Part shown: positions 10,276-20,356 of the stretch, in pieces | Position numbering within the stretch: position 1 is the first letter of the stretch | Layout: the number at the start of each line of letters is the position of its first letter | Assembly: GCA_018401015.1 (NCBI GenBank) | Contig: JAGYLP010000001.1 | Location: 206,463-270,462 of the forward strand | Source: Bacteroidales bacterium | GTDB taxonomy: Bacteria > Bacteroidota > Bacteroidia > Bacteroidales > M50B96 | DNA: 64,000 nucleotides | Direction: 5' to 3' | Notes under the pieces: generated by a model | Seen by the model: the letters and a program-made list of their open reading frames with translations, nothing else | What the model was told of the DNA's origin: nothing | Databases searched by the model: none | Made by a program: the position numbers and the translations under genes

Positions 10276-11334
10276 AAATTGAATGCTTACCGGACAATGA
10301 TCGGATAGCAGCATGGTATTCATTCCGGTCTGCTCGTCCTGATGCGTAATATTTGATCCGGTAATGAACCGTCCGTTTGTAAACAGGTAATCGAGTTTGC
10401 GATTCCAAAAACCTCCTCGATCGGGGTGATTCGTGGTATGGGTATAATAAGGACTATTGTCGTATTGATAATCGTCGATATCGAATTCAGGATGAAATAG
10501 GAAAAGAGGTTCAATCCAGGTAACAGAGGCGGTGTAATCGTCGGCTTCAAATTCTTCGACACATTTAGAGTCGGGAAAGTCCTTTATTTTTAACGTGTTT
10601 GGGGGCAAAAGATTCAGGTCCGCTGCTAAAATGAAGTGTAGGTTGCTATTGTCTCTTGTTATTAGCGTATCCACCAATTGATCCACTTGTTTCTTTTTGG
10701 TCCCATCGTGATCGAAGGCACTCAAATGGGTATTCAGTAAGCGCAGTGAGCGGTCGCCCACTTGTACTTCTGTTTCTAAAATATTCCGTTTGAGGTAAAA
10801 GTATCGTACCAGTGCCGATTGCTCTTGAATGAGAGGCAGTCCAATTCGAACAGCATTTTCAAGAGGATACTTGGAAAGGGTCACATTGCCGGAATTGATT
10901 TTACCAATTCCGTCGGATGGAACATAGCTCGCTTTCCATTGCGAGGCAAATACAGCATAGTTGAGGTCGGTATGATTTAGGAGATATTCAACCTGATCGA
11001 CATAAGCGCTTCGTTTCGAATCAATATCTACCTCCTGTAAGAAAAGTACGTCGGGGTTCACTTGCCGAATTTTTCGGGCTAACCCTTCCAGGTGAGTCAA
11101 TACTTCTTCCTCAGTCATCGTTACCCGATCTCCCCAACAATCGAAAAAGAAATCGATGCGACCACCTCCAAACTTGATATTCCAAGTCATAACTGTTAGA
11201 GTATCTTTGGGCTCAGCAGGTGTGATGGTCGAAGTTTCGTAATAAAGAACATCGTCTTCCGCTAACTGAGTGCCGAATGGATCGCAAGAGGAAAACACGA
11301 AAATGAAAAGCAGCAGGGGAAGTAGTCGATTCAT
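10264..11334 (-). CDS. Endonuclease/exonuclease/phosphatase (EEP) family lipoprotein
   Basis: EEP motifs are FLQEVD and LLSDHCPV. The likely start is M12 (ATG at 11334), which gives the lipoprotein signal MNRLLPLLLFIFVFSSC. The longer listed ORF (to 11367) would overlap the upstream gene. Confidence 0.7.
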   Translation of the reverse strand: MNRLLPLLLFIFVFSSCDPFGTQLAEDDVLYYETSTITPAEPKDTLTVMTWNIKFGGGRIDFFFDCWGDRVTMTEEEVLTHLEGLARKIRQVNPDVLFLQEVDIDSKRSAYVDQVEYLLNHTDLNYAVFASQWKASYVPSDGIGKINSGNVTLSKYPLENAVRIGLPLIQEQSALVRYFYLKRNILETEVQVGDRSLRLLNTHLSAFDHDGTKKKQVDQLVDTLITRDNSNLHFILAADLNLLPPNTLKIKDFPDSKCVEEFEADDYTASVTWIEPLFLFHPEFDIDDYQYDNSPYYTHTTNHPDRGGFWNRKLDYLFTNGRFITGSNITHQDEQTGMNTMLLSDHCPVSIQFLVE

Positions 11335-11341
11335 GGCGGTA

Positions 11342-11794
11342 TTATTTTTCCAGAACAAGTCGCTCAATCATGGAGTAACTTACTCCCGGTTCACTTCCGG
11401 GAAAGTAAAAATTACTCACCTCTCGTTCGAGTTCAAAGGTCGATTTCCCCGATTCGACAATCGAAAAGGTTTTCGTTTCAAAACCCGAAATAATCGAAAC
11501 TTCATCGGCTGTATTGGTCCAGGTGAATTCCCCCGATCCGTAGTAAGTGCCTGCGCCTAAATCTTCCAAAATATTGTAGTAACCTTTACCATTCGAGTTA
11601 AATTCTATTTGACCCTTATTCTCAAAGGTACCCGATTCCTCTAGGTTTAAAGTGGTGCCCTGATAAACAGTTTTTTGATAGACGGCAATATTCCAACTCC
11701 CTTCAAGGTTATTGGCCACTTCGTCGGCCTCGGAGCAGGAGGTAAAGCTTATTAAAAGCGTGAATAGGATAATAGAAAATGCAGACAGTTTCAC
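11342..11794 (-). CDS. Small lipoprotein, lipocalin-like beta-rich hypothetical
   Basis: A GTG start at 11794 gives the signal plus lipobox VKLSAFSIILFTLLISFTSC. The longer listed ORF (to 11965) overlaps the upstream gene by 77 nt and has a non-signal N-terminus. Confidence 0.4.
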   Translation of the reverse strand: MKLSAFSIILFTLLISFTSCSEADEVANNLEGSWNIAVYQKTVYQGTTLNLEESGTFENKGQIEFNSNGKGYYNILEDLGAGTYYGSGEFTWTNTADEVSIISGFETKTFSIVESGKSTFELEREVSNFYFPGSEPGVSYSMIERLVLEK

Positions 11795-11888
11795 GGTATG
11801 ATTGGATTTAATGTTTAGTGTTTGGTTCTCTCCAAATGCAATGTTACAAATTTTTAATCGTCCGTTTATAATCCTTGAGTAACTTGAT

Positions 11889-14519
11889 TTAAAATACTTT
11901 CCAAAGATTTCGACCTCGTCCGATTTCATAGCCTTCGGAATAATAAATGGGCCTTCCTTCGCCATCGATAGCCAACACGTTGGGCAAGTCTCGAATTCCT
12001 TGATAGGGAGTTTCTTCGAATTCGCTGCTCATAGCTTCCTCGAATCGTGGACTGATATAAAAATGAGCGTATTGCGCCAAGGCTTCAAAATATTGAGCTG
12101 TTTCTTCGAGGTAGCCAGCGTTAGGAACAATTAGGATTAATAAAATTTGGGCTTGTTGCAAGGCAGGCAAGGCTTCGTTTAATTCTTTAATAACATGTCG
12201 GCTAGGTTCCTGCTCCGGATTTATGCGCAAAACAACCGATTTGGGATGGCCCTTTACATAATCAACCAGGCTTATAGCGGTTTCTCCCGGACGAGTAATT
12301 TCATAGGCAGGGTTCAAGGTAGCGTTTAATGCTTCCCGTGGCTTTTCCTGAGGGAAGGCTAGTACGTGGATCTGCTGCTCTAATTCATCTAGCATAAAAT
12401 AGTGCTGGCGGGTATGAATCGTTCCTTTGGAGTCGCGTAGCGATGTTAATAGACGATAGTAGCCCGGCTCAAGCTTAAATTGGTTTCGTTTCGCAAGCGG
12501 ATAATAATAACCAAAATCGAGGCTTTCGAAATGACTGCCGGTCCATCGGGCCAAAGCAAAATTTTCAAAATACGAAGCCCCGGAGTTGGGATCGTCCAAG
12601 ACAATTGCAGCTTCGCTGCGTACAACTTCCCTTAAGTGCCCGGTAGTAAGATTCGCCTCCATCCATTGCCCTTTCCAATGAATCTGCACACGCTGCGTTC
12701 CCTCTTCGAGACGCGACGGAATACCAAGGCTGCGAAATAGAGCTATTACAAAAATATCGCGTGATTCCCGATTACAACGCTTCAGTTTATACACACCAAT
12801 GGGAGTGGTTGGCAAATCGTAATAATGACGCTCTTCATTCACCTGAATTTCTTCGCTTACCCAGTTTAATAGGGTTTCCGGATTCACTTCAAATTCATTC
12901 ATTAAACGAGCATCGATGTTTTCGAGAAAGAAGGATCTAAATGGACTAAGTTTCTCTCGGCTAATGCGAGGTGACAAAACATAATCTCGATAAAAGGAAT
13001 CGATGGAATGGTCGAGGCTACTCAGCTCGGAGTAAACCAAGTGGTCGTACAAAATTTCCGTAGGGGTATCGCGCAAATCTTTATCGGAAATGGAAAGGAG
13101 GAGTTGTGTAATGAGGTTGATCGAGTAGCGTTCGGCTAATCCTTTCCGGATAAATTGCGTTATCGAAGCATGATTTCCCTCGGAGCGTGCCAGGATAGGA
13201 AGGATAGCGCTGGTGTCGGCTCCCCAACTTAGAGCCAGCTCTGTTGCTTCGTTCTTGCTCAAGAATCCCGATTTATAAGCATTGCGCAAGCTATCGCCCT
13301 GGATTAGTCGGAATTGGCAGGTTTCGTCCGAAGTAGCCTCTACTTCGATAGGCAGCGGCGGCGTAAACTCCTCGTCGAGGCTGAAGCGGTCGCCCACTTG
13401 CCGATTCAATGTGATGCTAAATTCCGAAGTTTCTGCGCTCAATTTTCCAATTCCCCAAGCCTCTCCTTTCGATGCCTCTACCCACAAATCGCCATAGCCG
13501 GTAGTGAAGGAAATAGGACGTTCGGATCGCGATTGAAAAGTAGCTAAGGGATAGAATTCGGCATAGTTATACAACCCTATCCGAACGGATGCTCCTTCCA
13601 CCATTCCACCGGAATTATCGGCTAACTGAATGGATACATTTCGGGTTTGAGCATAATGCGACAATACATTCAGTTCGGCAAAATAGGGAGTTTGCCGAAT
13701 AACAGCCTCGTCTCCACGATAGGGCCCATAGGCTTTGGTATGAACCAGCATGGCTCGTTTCGCCGGACCACTAAACCATCCTTGATTAAATTCCGGTGCG
13801 GGTTCGCAGCCTCCGGTGTAGCTCCATTCCCCATCGATATATACTTCGACCCAAGCGTGATTATCGTCGGTATGTGCCCAACGTGGAACATATACTTGCC
13901 TTGCAGGAATCCCAATGGTTCGGAGGGCAGCGGTTAACAGGGTCGATTGTTCTCCACAACGACCACGCCCGTTCAGTAAAGTTGCCATCGGACCCGAGGT
14001 CCGAATATCGGCTGCCTGATAGGAAACTCGCTCGTGGCACCAATGGTTAATCTCCATAGCAGCTTCCTCCAATTCCATTCCTGCTACCCGCGCGGCTAAC
14101 TCCTGGTAATATTCAACCCGAAAATGGTCGAGGTTTTCATTGTTGATTCGAGGGGGTAAAACATAATGAAGAAAAATCTCTTCGGGAATTTCAGCGCTAC
14201 AGGCAAAATTGTTTCTTGCCTCGAAGGCGATTTGAATGTTTTTTAAGAAATACGATGCCGTATAATCGGCTAGATCGGTGAGTGGCATCCCTGCCATTAA
14301 AAACTGAAACGCCTCTTGCTCTTCGCGGGTCAACTCCTTTAGGTTGATGTCCATAAAGCCGGATTCCTCATCCTGTATAAGCTTGAGCGTTTCCTTGTAT
14401 TGCTGCTGAATCGAGCTTAAGTAGCTTGAATCATGGATAAGGTGTGCTCCTTTTTCAGTGCAGCTGGTGAGGTGAAAAAAAGTGAGTAGGAATATCAGGT
14501 TTCGGGACAGAACAATCAT
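11889..14519 (-). CDS. Transglutaminase-like (PNGase-like core) lipoprotein
   Basis: 876 aa with a lipoprotein signal (LTFFHLTSC). The papain-like transglutaminase core is RGRCGEQSTLLTAALRTIGIPARQVYVP...DNHAWVEVYIDGEW. Confidence 0.75.
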   Translation of the reverse strand: MIVLSRNLIFLLTFFHLTSCTEKGAHLIHDSSYLSSIQQQYKETLKLIQDEESGFMDINLKELTREEQEAFQFLMAGMPLTDLADYTASYFLKNIQIAFEARNNFACSAEIPEEIFLHYVLPPRINNENLDHFRVEYYQELAARVAGMELEEAAMEINHWCHERVSYQAADIRTSGPMATLLNGRGRCGEQSTLLTAALRTIGIPARQVYVPRWAHTDDNHAWVEVYIDGEWSYTGGCEPAPEFNQGWFSGPAKRAMLVHTKAYGPYRGDEAVIRQTPYFAELNVLSHYAQTRNVSIQLADNSGGMVEGASVRIGLYNYAEFYPLATFQSRSERPISFTTGYGDLWVEASKGEAWGIGKLSAETSEFSITLNRQVGDRFSLDEEFTPPLPIEVEATSDETCQFRLIQGDSLRNAYKSGFLSKNEATELALSWGADTSAILPILARSEGNHASITQFIRKGLAERYSINLITQLLLSISDKDLRDTPTEILYDHLVYSELSSLDHSIDSFYRDYVLSPRISREKLSPFRSFFLENIDARLMNEFEVNPETLLNWVSEEIQVNEERHYYDLPTTPIGVYKLKRCNRESRDIFVIALFRSLGIPSRLEEGTQRVQIHWKGQWMEANLTTGHLREVVRSEAAIVLDDPNSGASYFENFALARWTGSHFESLDFGYYYPLAKRNQFKLEPGYYRLLTSLRDSKGTIHTRQHYFMLDELEQQIHVLAFPQEKPREALNATLNPAYEITRPGETAISLVDYVKGHPKSVVLRINPEQEPSRHVIKELNEALPALQQAQILLILIVPNAGYLEETAQYFEALAQYAHFYISPRFEEAMSSEFEETPYQGIRDLPNVLAIDGEGRPIYYSEGYEIGRGRNLWKVF

Positions 14520-14531
14520 ACCATTATGGAT

Positions 14532-16799
14532 TTATTCAAGAATGATTTCATCGGTAAAAAGCCATGAATCGGCGCCGGCAGCATCGTGCCATTCGGGATT
14601 AGGACCGAAATTGTCGGCTTCGAGTCGGTACCAGCGATAGCTAACAGGTTTAAATTCAATTTTATAAGGATGAATTTGAGTTTCATAGCTTCGTGGATTG
14701 GAAGATACTATTTCACTTGCAATCTCTGTAAATGTTTCTCCATCGGTCGAGCCAAACAGGCGGATTGATTTCGGGAGGTAAATCCACGAAAGGGTCGATT
14801 GAAGGAAGTTACCCGAAACGGAGCTTAACTCTACCGGTTCCTGCAAATCGATTAGCGCAATAAGAGGAGTTCCGTAGAATCCTTGCCATTCACCGTCGCG
14901 GAAATTTAGCGAACCACCCAATCCATTGGTCAGAATATTAGGGTCATTCCCGGGGTAATTGTCGTGAAAGGGATAGGCGAAGTTAACGGCTTTTTTCAGG
15001 CCTTTGTGCAGGTAAAAGTTTTGTATAAGATGATGTTCCCTACCACCGGATGCTTTGGTTGCTACTAAGTGTAAAACAGCAGTTCGATCGAGTTGAATGG
15101 GCTTGAGATAGACTTGTCCGTTTTCAAGCGGATTGGTTCCATCGAGGCTGAAGTGAATCTGATATCCCGGTTGCGAACTGAGTAATTCAATTTGAAAAGA
15201 TTCTTTGCTTGAATCGAATTCGGAGCGAATAAACAGTGCCGTACTCTCCAATCCGTAGGCAACTTCAAGCGCATCGAGCAGGTCATAGTGTCCTTGAACT
15301 CGCTCGTGAAACTCCGGGAAATCTTTCTCCACGGGCCCGGTCCAAAGAGCTTCTGCCATGGCCAGCATCCGCGGAAACATCCGGTCGTCCACTTCCGATT
15401 GAGGCGCTCTCTCGGTCCACATATTGCATTCTCCACCAAGGATGAAAGCATGATATGCAGGTTCGAGCGAGCTTGGAATGGGATTGAAATGATACACTTT
15501 TTTCAAATCAATCGATTCGAGTGGGTAATCGAAATAAGCGTGGCTGGTTGGGGAAACGATGGCAGCATGGCCTTGATGGGCCGCTTCCTGCGCTCCTTCG
15601 AAACCGCGCCACGATTGCACCGTGGCTTGTTCGCTTAATCCGCCTTCGAGTATTTCGTCCCAGCCAATGATTCGTTTCCCATGCTGAGACACGAAGGTTT
15701 CAATTCGTTGAATGAAATAGTTTTGTAGCTCGAGTTCGCTTTCTAACCCTTCCTGCTTGATTCGGTTTTGACAATGTTCGCAAAGCTCCCAACGGTAAGT
15801 AGGAGCTTCGTCGCCTCCAATGTGAATGTATTGGTAGGGAAAAAGTTCCATTACTTCGGCCAGAACGTTTTCGAGGAATTCGAAGGTCGATTCCTGACCG
15901 GCACAATAAATATCCTTGAAAACACCCCAGCGATTAGCCACTGGAATGGAATCGCCGGTACATGATAAATGCGGGTAGCTGGAGATGGCTGCAACGGAGT
16001 GGCCGGGTAACTCAATTTCCGGCACTACTTCGATATGACGTTCACGAGCGTAAGCAACCACCTCGCGGATTTCGTCCTGGGTGTAAAAACCGCCATAACG
16101 GCTACCATCCTCTTCGATTCTCCAAGCTCCGTGCTCGGTAAGTCGGGGATATTTTTTTATTTCGATTCTCCAACCCTGATCCTCGGTTAAGTGCCAATGG
16201 AATCGATTCATTTTATGTAAGGCCAGTAAATCGAGGTAACGTTTAATAAAATCGACTTCCATGAAATGGCGTGAGCAATCGAGTAACATCCCGCGCCATA
16301 TAAAAGCGGGTTCGTCGGTTATCTCACCACAAGGGATGAAATTGATCGCTTCAGCATGTTCCGAGTGGAAGTTGGCCGGAAGGAGCTGCCATAAACTTTG
16401 AATACCATAGAAGATGCCGCTTGGCTCTTGAGCTGTTATTTGGATGGAGTACTTTTGGATGGAGAGTTGATATCCTTCCGGCGATTCGAATTGACAACTG
16501 TCTGAAAGGAGTAGATAAATACCTTCTGAACGGGCGTTACTTGTGACTTGTTTTATCTCCGGTTGAACGCCGGTTTGTTGGAATAGATAATCCTGCAAGT
16601 AGTTGGCTTCGAGCCTTAACTCTTGCGAGTTAAAATAAACTGGTAGGGAATGATCCCACTTAAAAAATCCATCCTTTGCCTGAACCGATTGAGGTTTTGG
16701 GATGATGGAATGGAGCGTTTGGCTTGAGTCGGGGTCAGGTTGGCAAGCAGTTAATAGCGAGCTCAGAAGAATGAGTGCCAGCAGGATTCGATTTGCCAT
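14532..16799 (-). CDS. Beta-N-acetylhexosaminidase (GH20) with C-terminal discoidin/F5-F8-type-C-like domain
   Basis: 755 aa with a lipoprotein signal (LLTAC). The GH20 catalytic region contains RFHWHLTEDQGWR and YIHIGGDEA. The C-terminal ~150 aa are beta-rich and carbohydrate-binding-like. Confidence 0.85.
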   Translation of the reverse strand: MANRILLALILLSSLLTACQPDPDSSQTLHSIIPKPQSVQAKDGFFKWDHSLPVYFNSQELRLEANYLQDYLFQQTGVQPEIKQVTSNARSEGIYLLLSDSCQFESPEGYQLSIQKYSIQITAQEPSGIFYGIQSLWQLLPANFHSEHAEAINFIPCGEITDEPAFIWRGMLLDCSRHFMEVDFIKRYLDLLALHKMNRFHWHLTEDQGWRIEIKKYPRLTEHGAWRIEEDGSRYGGFYTQDEIREVVAYARERHIEVVPEIELPGHSVAAISSYPHLSCTGDSIPVANRWGVFKDIYCAGQESTFEFLENVLAEVMELFPYQYIHIGGDEAPTYRWELCEHCQNRIKQEGLESELELQNYFIQRIETFVSQHGKRIIGWDEILEGGLSEQATVQSWRGFEGAQEAAHQGHAAIVSPTSHAYFDYPLESIDLKKVYHFNPIPSSLEPAYHAFILGGECNMWTERAPQSEVDDRMFPRMLAMAEALWTGPVEKDFPEFHERVQGHYDLLDALEVAYGLESTALFIRSEFDSSKESFQIELLSSQPGYQIHFSLDGTNPLENGQVYLKPIQLDRTAVLHLVATKASGGREHHLIQNFYLHKGLKKAVNFAYPFHDNYPGNDPNILTNGLGGSLNFRDGEWQGFYGTPLIALIDLQEPVELSSVSGNFLQSTLSWIYLPKSIRLFGSTDGETFTEIASEIVSSNPRSYETQIHPYKIEFKPVSYRWYRLEADNFGPNPEWHDAAGADSWLFTDEIILE

Positions 16800-16841
16800 G
16801 TTTGTGGGTTATAGATTGGTCGTTAAAACGGGTACTAAATG

Positions 16842-16872
16842 AAAAAGGCGACAGATTATTCTGTCGCCTTTT
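16842..16872 (-). terminator. Rho-independent terminator after nqrF (hairpin is symmetric and could act bidirectionally)
   Basis: Stem GGCGACAG (16847-16854), loop ATTATT, stem CTGTCGCC (16861-16868). It is flanked by an A5 run and a T4 run. On the minus strand the hairpin is followed by TTTTT. Confidence 0.65.
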
Positions 16873-16891
16873 CTCTTGAGTGATGAATATC

Positions 16892-18166
16892 TTATCCTCC
16901 AAAATCGTCGAATGCAATCATTTCATCGGGCACTCCAAAGTCGTAAAGCATTTTATTTACGGCATCGTTCATCATGGGTGGTCCGCAGAGGTAGTATTCG
17001 ATATCTTCCGGTTCATCGTGTTTGCTCAAGTAATTATCGATGATAATCTGGTGGATAAATCCGGTATGTCCGGTCCAGTTATCTTCTTCTTTAGGTTCCG
17101 ACAGAGCAATGTAGAACTTGAAGTTCGGGAATTCTTTTTCGATAGCGCGGAAGTGTTCTTCGTAGAATACTTCACGTTTCGAACGTGCACCATACCAGAA
17201 GGTGGCTTTTCGTCCGGTTTTAACGGTATGGAAGAGGTGGAAAATATGCGAGCGCATCGGAGCCATTCCTGCTCCACCACCAATAAACATCATTTCGCGT
17301 TGCGTTTCTTTGATGAAGAATTCACCGTAAGGTCCGGAAATCATCACTTTATCGCCTGGTTTGCGACTAAAGATGAAGGAGCTACAAATTCCTGGATTTA
17401 CATTCGCAAAACCACCTTTTGCTTTATCCCATGGTGGGGTTGCAATCCGGATATTCAACATGATGATAGTATTTTCGGCTGGGTGCGAAGCCATGGAATA
17501 GGCACGGTAGGTTGGCTCAGGATTCGACATTTTCAGGTCGAACATATTGAATTTCTCCCATTCGTCGCGATATTCTTCTTCGACCTCCATGTCTTTGAAA
17601 TCGACATCAATTTTTGGAACATCAATCTGGATGTAACCACCCGATTTGAAGTCGAGGACTTCACCTTCGGGAAGCTTAACCACGAATTCTTTAATAAAGG
17701 TAGCCACATTGTGGTTGGAAACTACCTCGCATTCCCATTTCTTGATTCCGAGGATTTCGGCGTGTATACCGATTTTCATATCCTCTTTAATCTTAACCTG
17801 GCATCCTAAACGCCAATTGTCTTGAATCTCTTTGCGGGTAAAGAAGCCTTTTTCGGTTGGGAGGATTTCTCCACCACCTTCGAAGACCTGACACTTACAC
17901 ATGGCGCAAGTTCCTCCACCACCGCAAGCCGATGGAAGGAAAATCTTGTTTTCGGAAAGGGCACCGAGGATAGTTGCACCTGGTTGGATGGTTAACTCCC
18001 GGTCGTCGTTAATAGTCAGTTTAACTTCACCCGAAGGAAGTAGTTTGGCTTTTGCGTATAAGAGAATCGCAACGAGTAAGAGAATAATTACTAGGAATGC
18101 AACAATACTCAGGGTCATTACCGTAGTAATACCAGCGCCTGCTTCTAATAATAACATATGGAACAT
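16892..18166 (-). CDS. nqrF: Na+-translocating NADH:quinone oxidoreductase subunit F
   Basis: 424 aa with an N-terminal TM helix. It has a 2Fe-2S ferredoxin motif (CGGGGTCAMCKC), an FAD site (RAYSMAS) and an NADH-binding domain. Confidence 0.95.
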   Translation of the reverse strand: MFHMLLLEAGAGITTVMTLSIVAFLVIILLLVAILLYAKAKLLPSGEVKLTINDDRELTIQPGATILGALSENKIFLPSACGGGGTCAMCKCQVFEGGGEILPTEKGFFTRKEIQDNWRLGCQVKIKEDMKIGIHAEILGIKKWECEVVSNHNVATFIKEFVVKLPEGEVLDFKSGGYIQIDVPKIDVDFKDMEVEEEYRDEWEKFNMFDLKMSNPEPTYRAYSMASHPAENTIIMLNIRIATPPWDKAKGGFANVNPGICSSFIFSRKPGDKVMISGPYGEFFIKETQREMMFIGGGAGMAPMRSHIFHLFHTVKTGRKATFWYGARSKREVFYEEHFRAIEKEFPNFKFYIALSEPKEEDNWTGHTGFIHQIIIDNYLSKHDEPEDIEYYLCGPPMMNDAVNKMLYDFGVPDEMIAFDDFGG

Positions 18167-18178
18167 TCTTGAAAAGTT

Positions 18179-18799
18179 TTATAATTTAATACCCATAAAG
18201 CTCATGAAGGCAATACCCATGAGGCCGGTCGCAATGAAGGTGATTCCTAAACCACGCATTGGAGCGGGGACATTGGAATATTTTAGTTTTTCGCGAATAG
18301 CTGCAATTCCCACAACTGCCAGGAACCAACCAATTCCGGAACCCAATCCGAAAACCGATGCTTCGGTAATGCTCGAATATTCACGCTCTTGCATGAATAA
18401 AGCTCCCCCTAGAATGGCACAGTTAACAGCAATTAATGGAAGGAAAATTCCTAAAGCAGCATAGAGTGAAGGAGACACTTTCTCGATGATCATTTCGACT
18501 AACTGCACCATGGATGCAATAACCGCAATAAACATGATGAAGCTTAGAAAGCTCAGGTCAAGGCTTGCTGCTGCATCGCCAAGCAACCAGTCTAATGCAC
18601 CTTTTTTAAGGATGAAATTTTCAATGAGGTAGTTAACCGGAACGGTAATACCGAGCACGAATATAACGGCGATACCCAATCCGGTAGAGGTTTCGACCGT
18701 TTTAGAAACGGCCAGATACGAGCACATGCCTAAGAAGTAGGCGAAAATCATGTTGTCGATAAATATCGACTTGGTGAAAATATTGAGTAATTCTTCCAT
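18179..18799 (-). CDS. nqrE: Na+-NQR subunit E
   Basis: 206-aa polytopic membrane protein of the NqrE/RnfA family, in the conserved operon position. Confidence 0.9.
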   Translation of the reverse strand: MEELLNIFTKSIFIDNMIFAYFLGMCSYLAVSKTVETSTGLGIAVIFVLGITVPVNYLIENFILKKGALDWLLGDAAASLDLSFLSFIMFIAVIASMVQLVEMIIEKVSPSLYAALGIFLPLIAVNCAILGGALFMQEREYSSITEASVFGLGSGIGWFLAVVGIAAIREKLKYSNVPAPMRGLGITFIATGLMGIAFMSFMGIKL

Positions 18800-18815
18800 A
18801 ATGCTTCCGACTTAT

Positions 18816-19448
18816 TTATTTTTCAATCAATTCACGTGAATAATGCCTTTGAATCCAGATGATAATGCCCACAACAATCAGAGCCATTGGTGGTAAAATC
18901 ATTAATCCGTTGTTAACGTAACCAATGGAGTATAATCCGATGTTTTCGAAAACCGGGTAATCCCATACGGTTCCTGATCCAAATAATTCGCGGAAAAAGG
19001 CAACGATGAGCAGAATGACCCCGTAGCCGGCTCCGTTTCCTAATCCGTCGAGGAAGGATGGCCAAGGTTTATTCCCGAGAGCAAATGCCTCTAAACGACC
19101 CATGATGATACAGTTGGTGATGATAAGACCAACGAATACCGATAATTGCTTGCTGATATCGTAAACATAGGCTTTGAGAACCTGGTCGACCAAAATAACC
19201 AGCGATGCAATTACAACCAGCTGAACAATAATTCGGATCCGGTTTGGAATAGCATTGCGGAGTAAGGATACAACCACGTTGGCAATGGTTAATACAGCGA
19301 TTACTGAAATAGCCAACACAAAGGCGGGCTTCAGTTTAACGGTTACTGCCAGAGCCGAACAAATTCCTAATACCTGAGTGGTAATGGGGTTGTCGATGTT
19401 CAGCGGATTGGTTAGCAGCTTTACTTCTTTAGGTGATAACAAACTCAT
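18816..19448 (-). CDS. nqrD: Na+-NQR subunit D
   Basis: 210-aa polytopic membrane protein of the NqrD/RnfE family ([12 protein letters not shown] motif), in the conserved operon position. Confidence 0.9.
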   Translation of the reverse strand: MSLLSPKEVKLLTNPLNIDNPITTQVLGICSALAVTVKLKPAFVLAISVIAVLTIANVVVSLLRNAIPNRIRIIVQLVVIASLVILVDQVLKAYVYDISKQLSVFVGLIITNCIIMGRLEAFALGNKPWPSFLDGLGNGAGYGVILLIVAFFRELFGSGTVWDYPVFENIGLYSIGYVNNGLMILPPMALIVVGIIIWIQRHYSRELIEK

Positions 19449-19460
19449 AAGATTCCTTCT

Positions 19461-20321
19461 TTAAATTTCTTGACTATTCGTAACTGCTTCAGATACTTCC
19501 GGTTCGCTTACTTCCTCCGGTTCAGCGGATTCCTTGGCCATTTGGGCTTTGAAATAAGGAGCATAATCGACTAAACAGTCTTTGATCATGGCTTCTAAGC
19601 CAACACTGGTTATGGTTCCGCCGGATATGCCATCGATTCCATGATCGAAATCGCCGACTGCTTCAAATCCTCCTTTGTAAACATTTACTCCTACAAAAGT
19701 CCCATCTGCTTTGAAAATTTTCTTTCCCTGAAAGGGCTCTTGAAACCAAGTCTGATCAATTTCAGCTCCCAGACCAGGTGTTTCTCCTTTGTGAGCGAAA
19801 ATGGCTCCGTAAATGGTATTGTAATCCATTTCGAGAGAAACAAAACCCCAAATAGGACCCCATAAGCCTTTCCCTTGAACCGGAATGATGATGAAATCAC
19901 CATCTTCCTTCGAGCAGGTAAAGAGTGGCAAACGACGCTCGGTTTTAATCGTTGCAAGTTGATCTTCGATGGAGGCTTTTTGGTCGGCAGATACTTTGCC
20001 TAATTCACTTACCAGTCGCTTGGCTTCGTACATCAGGTCAACTTCGGGCTTCAGTTTAACATCAAAGCCTTTTCCTTCCAACACATTGCCATTCGCGTCG
20101 AGTACCATGTCGCCTGTAATGTATTGATTGAAAAGTTCTTCGGCATTTGCCGGGGTGCTCTCAATTTTCACACTGGCCAGGATGTTTTGATACTTCTCGA
20201 CCTTTACATTTTGCTCTTGCAAAGGTTGTAAGTTGAACGCTGTAAAGGATAGGATGGCTGCTACAATAAGCACCATCACAGCAGCGAAAATAAACGTGTA
20301 ACTATTCGATTGCGTATTCAT
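19461..20321 (-). CDS. nqrC: Na+-NQR subunit C (covalent FMN)
   Basis: 286 aa with one N-terminal TM helix and the flavinylation motif GISGGTITS (SGxT-type). The C-terminal tail is acidic. Confidence 0.9.
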   Translation of the reverse strand: MNTQSNSYTFIFAAVMVLIVAAILSFTAFNLQPLQEQNVKVEKYQNILASVKIESTPANAEELFNQYITGDMVLDANGNVLEGKGFDVKLKPEVDLMYEAKRLVSELGKVSADQKASIEDQLATIKTERRLPLFTCSKEDGDFIIIPVQGKGLWGPIWGFVSLEMDYNTIYGAIFAHKGETPGLGAEIDQTWFQEPFQGKKIFKADGTFVGVNVYKGGFEAVGDFDHGIDGISGGTITSVGLEAMIKDCLVDYAPYFKAQMAKESAEPEEVSEPEVSEAVTNSQEI

Positions 20322-20356
20322 AATTCTTTCGTTCTAGTCTTCTGTTTCAAATATTC

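Noticed and set aside
10264-11334. Whether the two EEP-family genes (10264-11334 and 41893-43074) mark a nuclease-based defence or mobile island.
   Set aside because: Both encode secreted proteins (a lipoprotein signal or a T9SS tail) embedded among core genes. There are no integrase, transposase, toxin-antitoxin or restriction genes nearby, and I saw no compositional break by eye.
11795-11965. The long form of the 207-aa ORF, overlapping the 3' end of the transglutaminase-like gene by 77 nt.
   Set aside because: The extra 57 residues precede an obvious lipoprotein signal that starts at a GTG (11794). The short form fits the intergenic spacing.
16880-17809. A 309-aa plus-strand ORF antisense to nqrF. 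Similar long antisense ORFs occur at 3259-3798, 4602-5153, 35078-35548, 35921-36571 and 61697-62191.
   Set aside because: Each lies inside a confidently identified gene on the other strand. They have odd composition and no recognisable motifs. They are shadow ORFs arising from codon bias.
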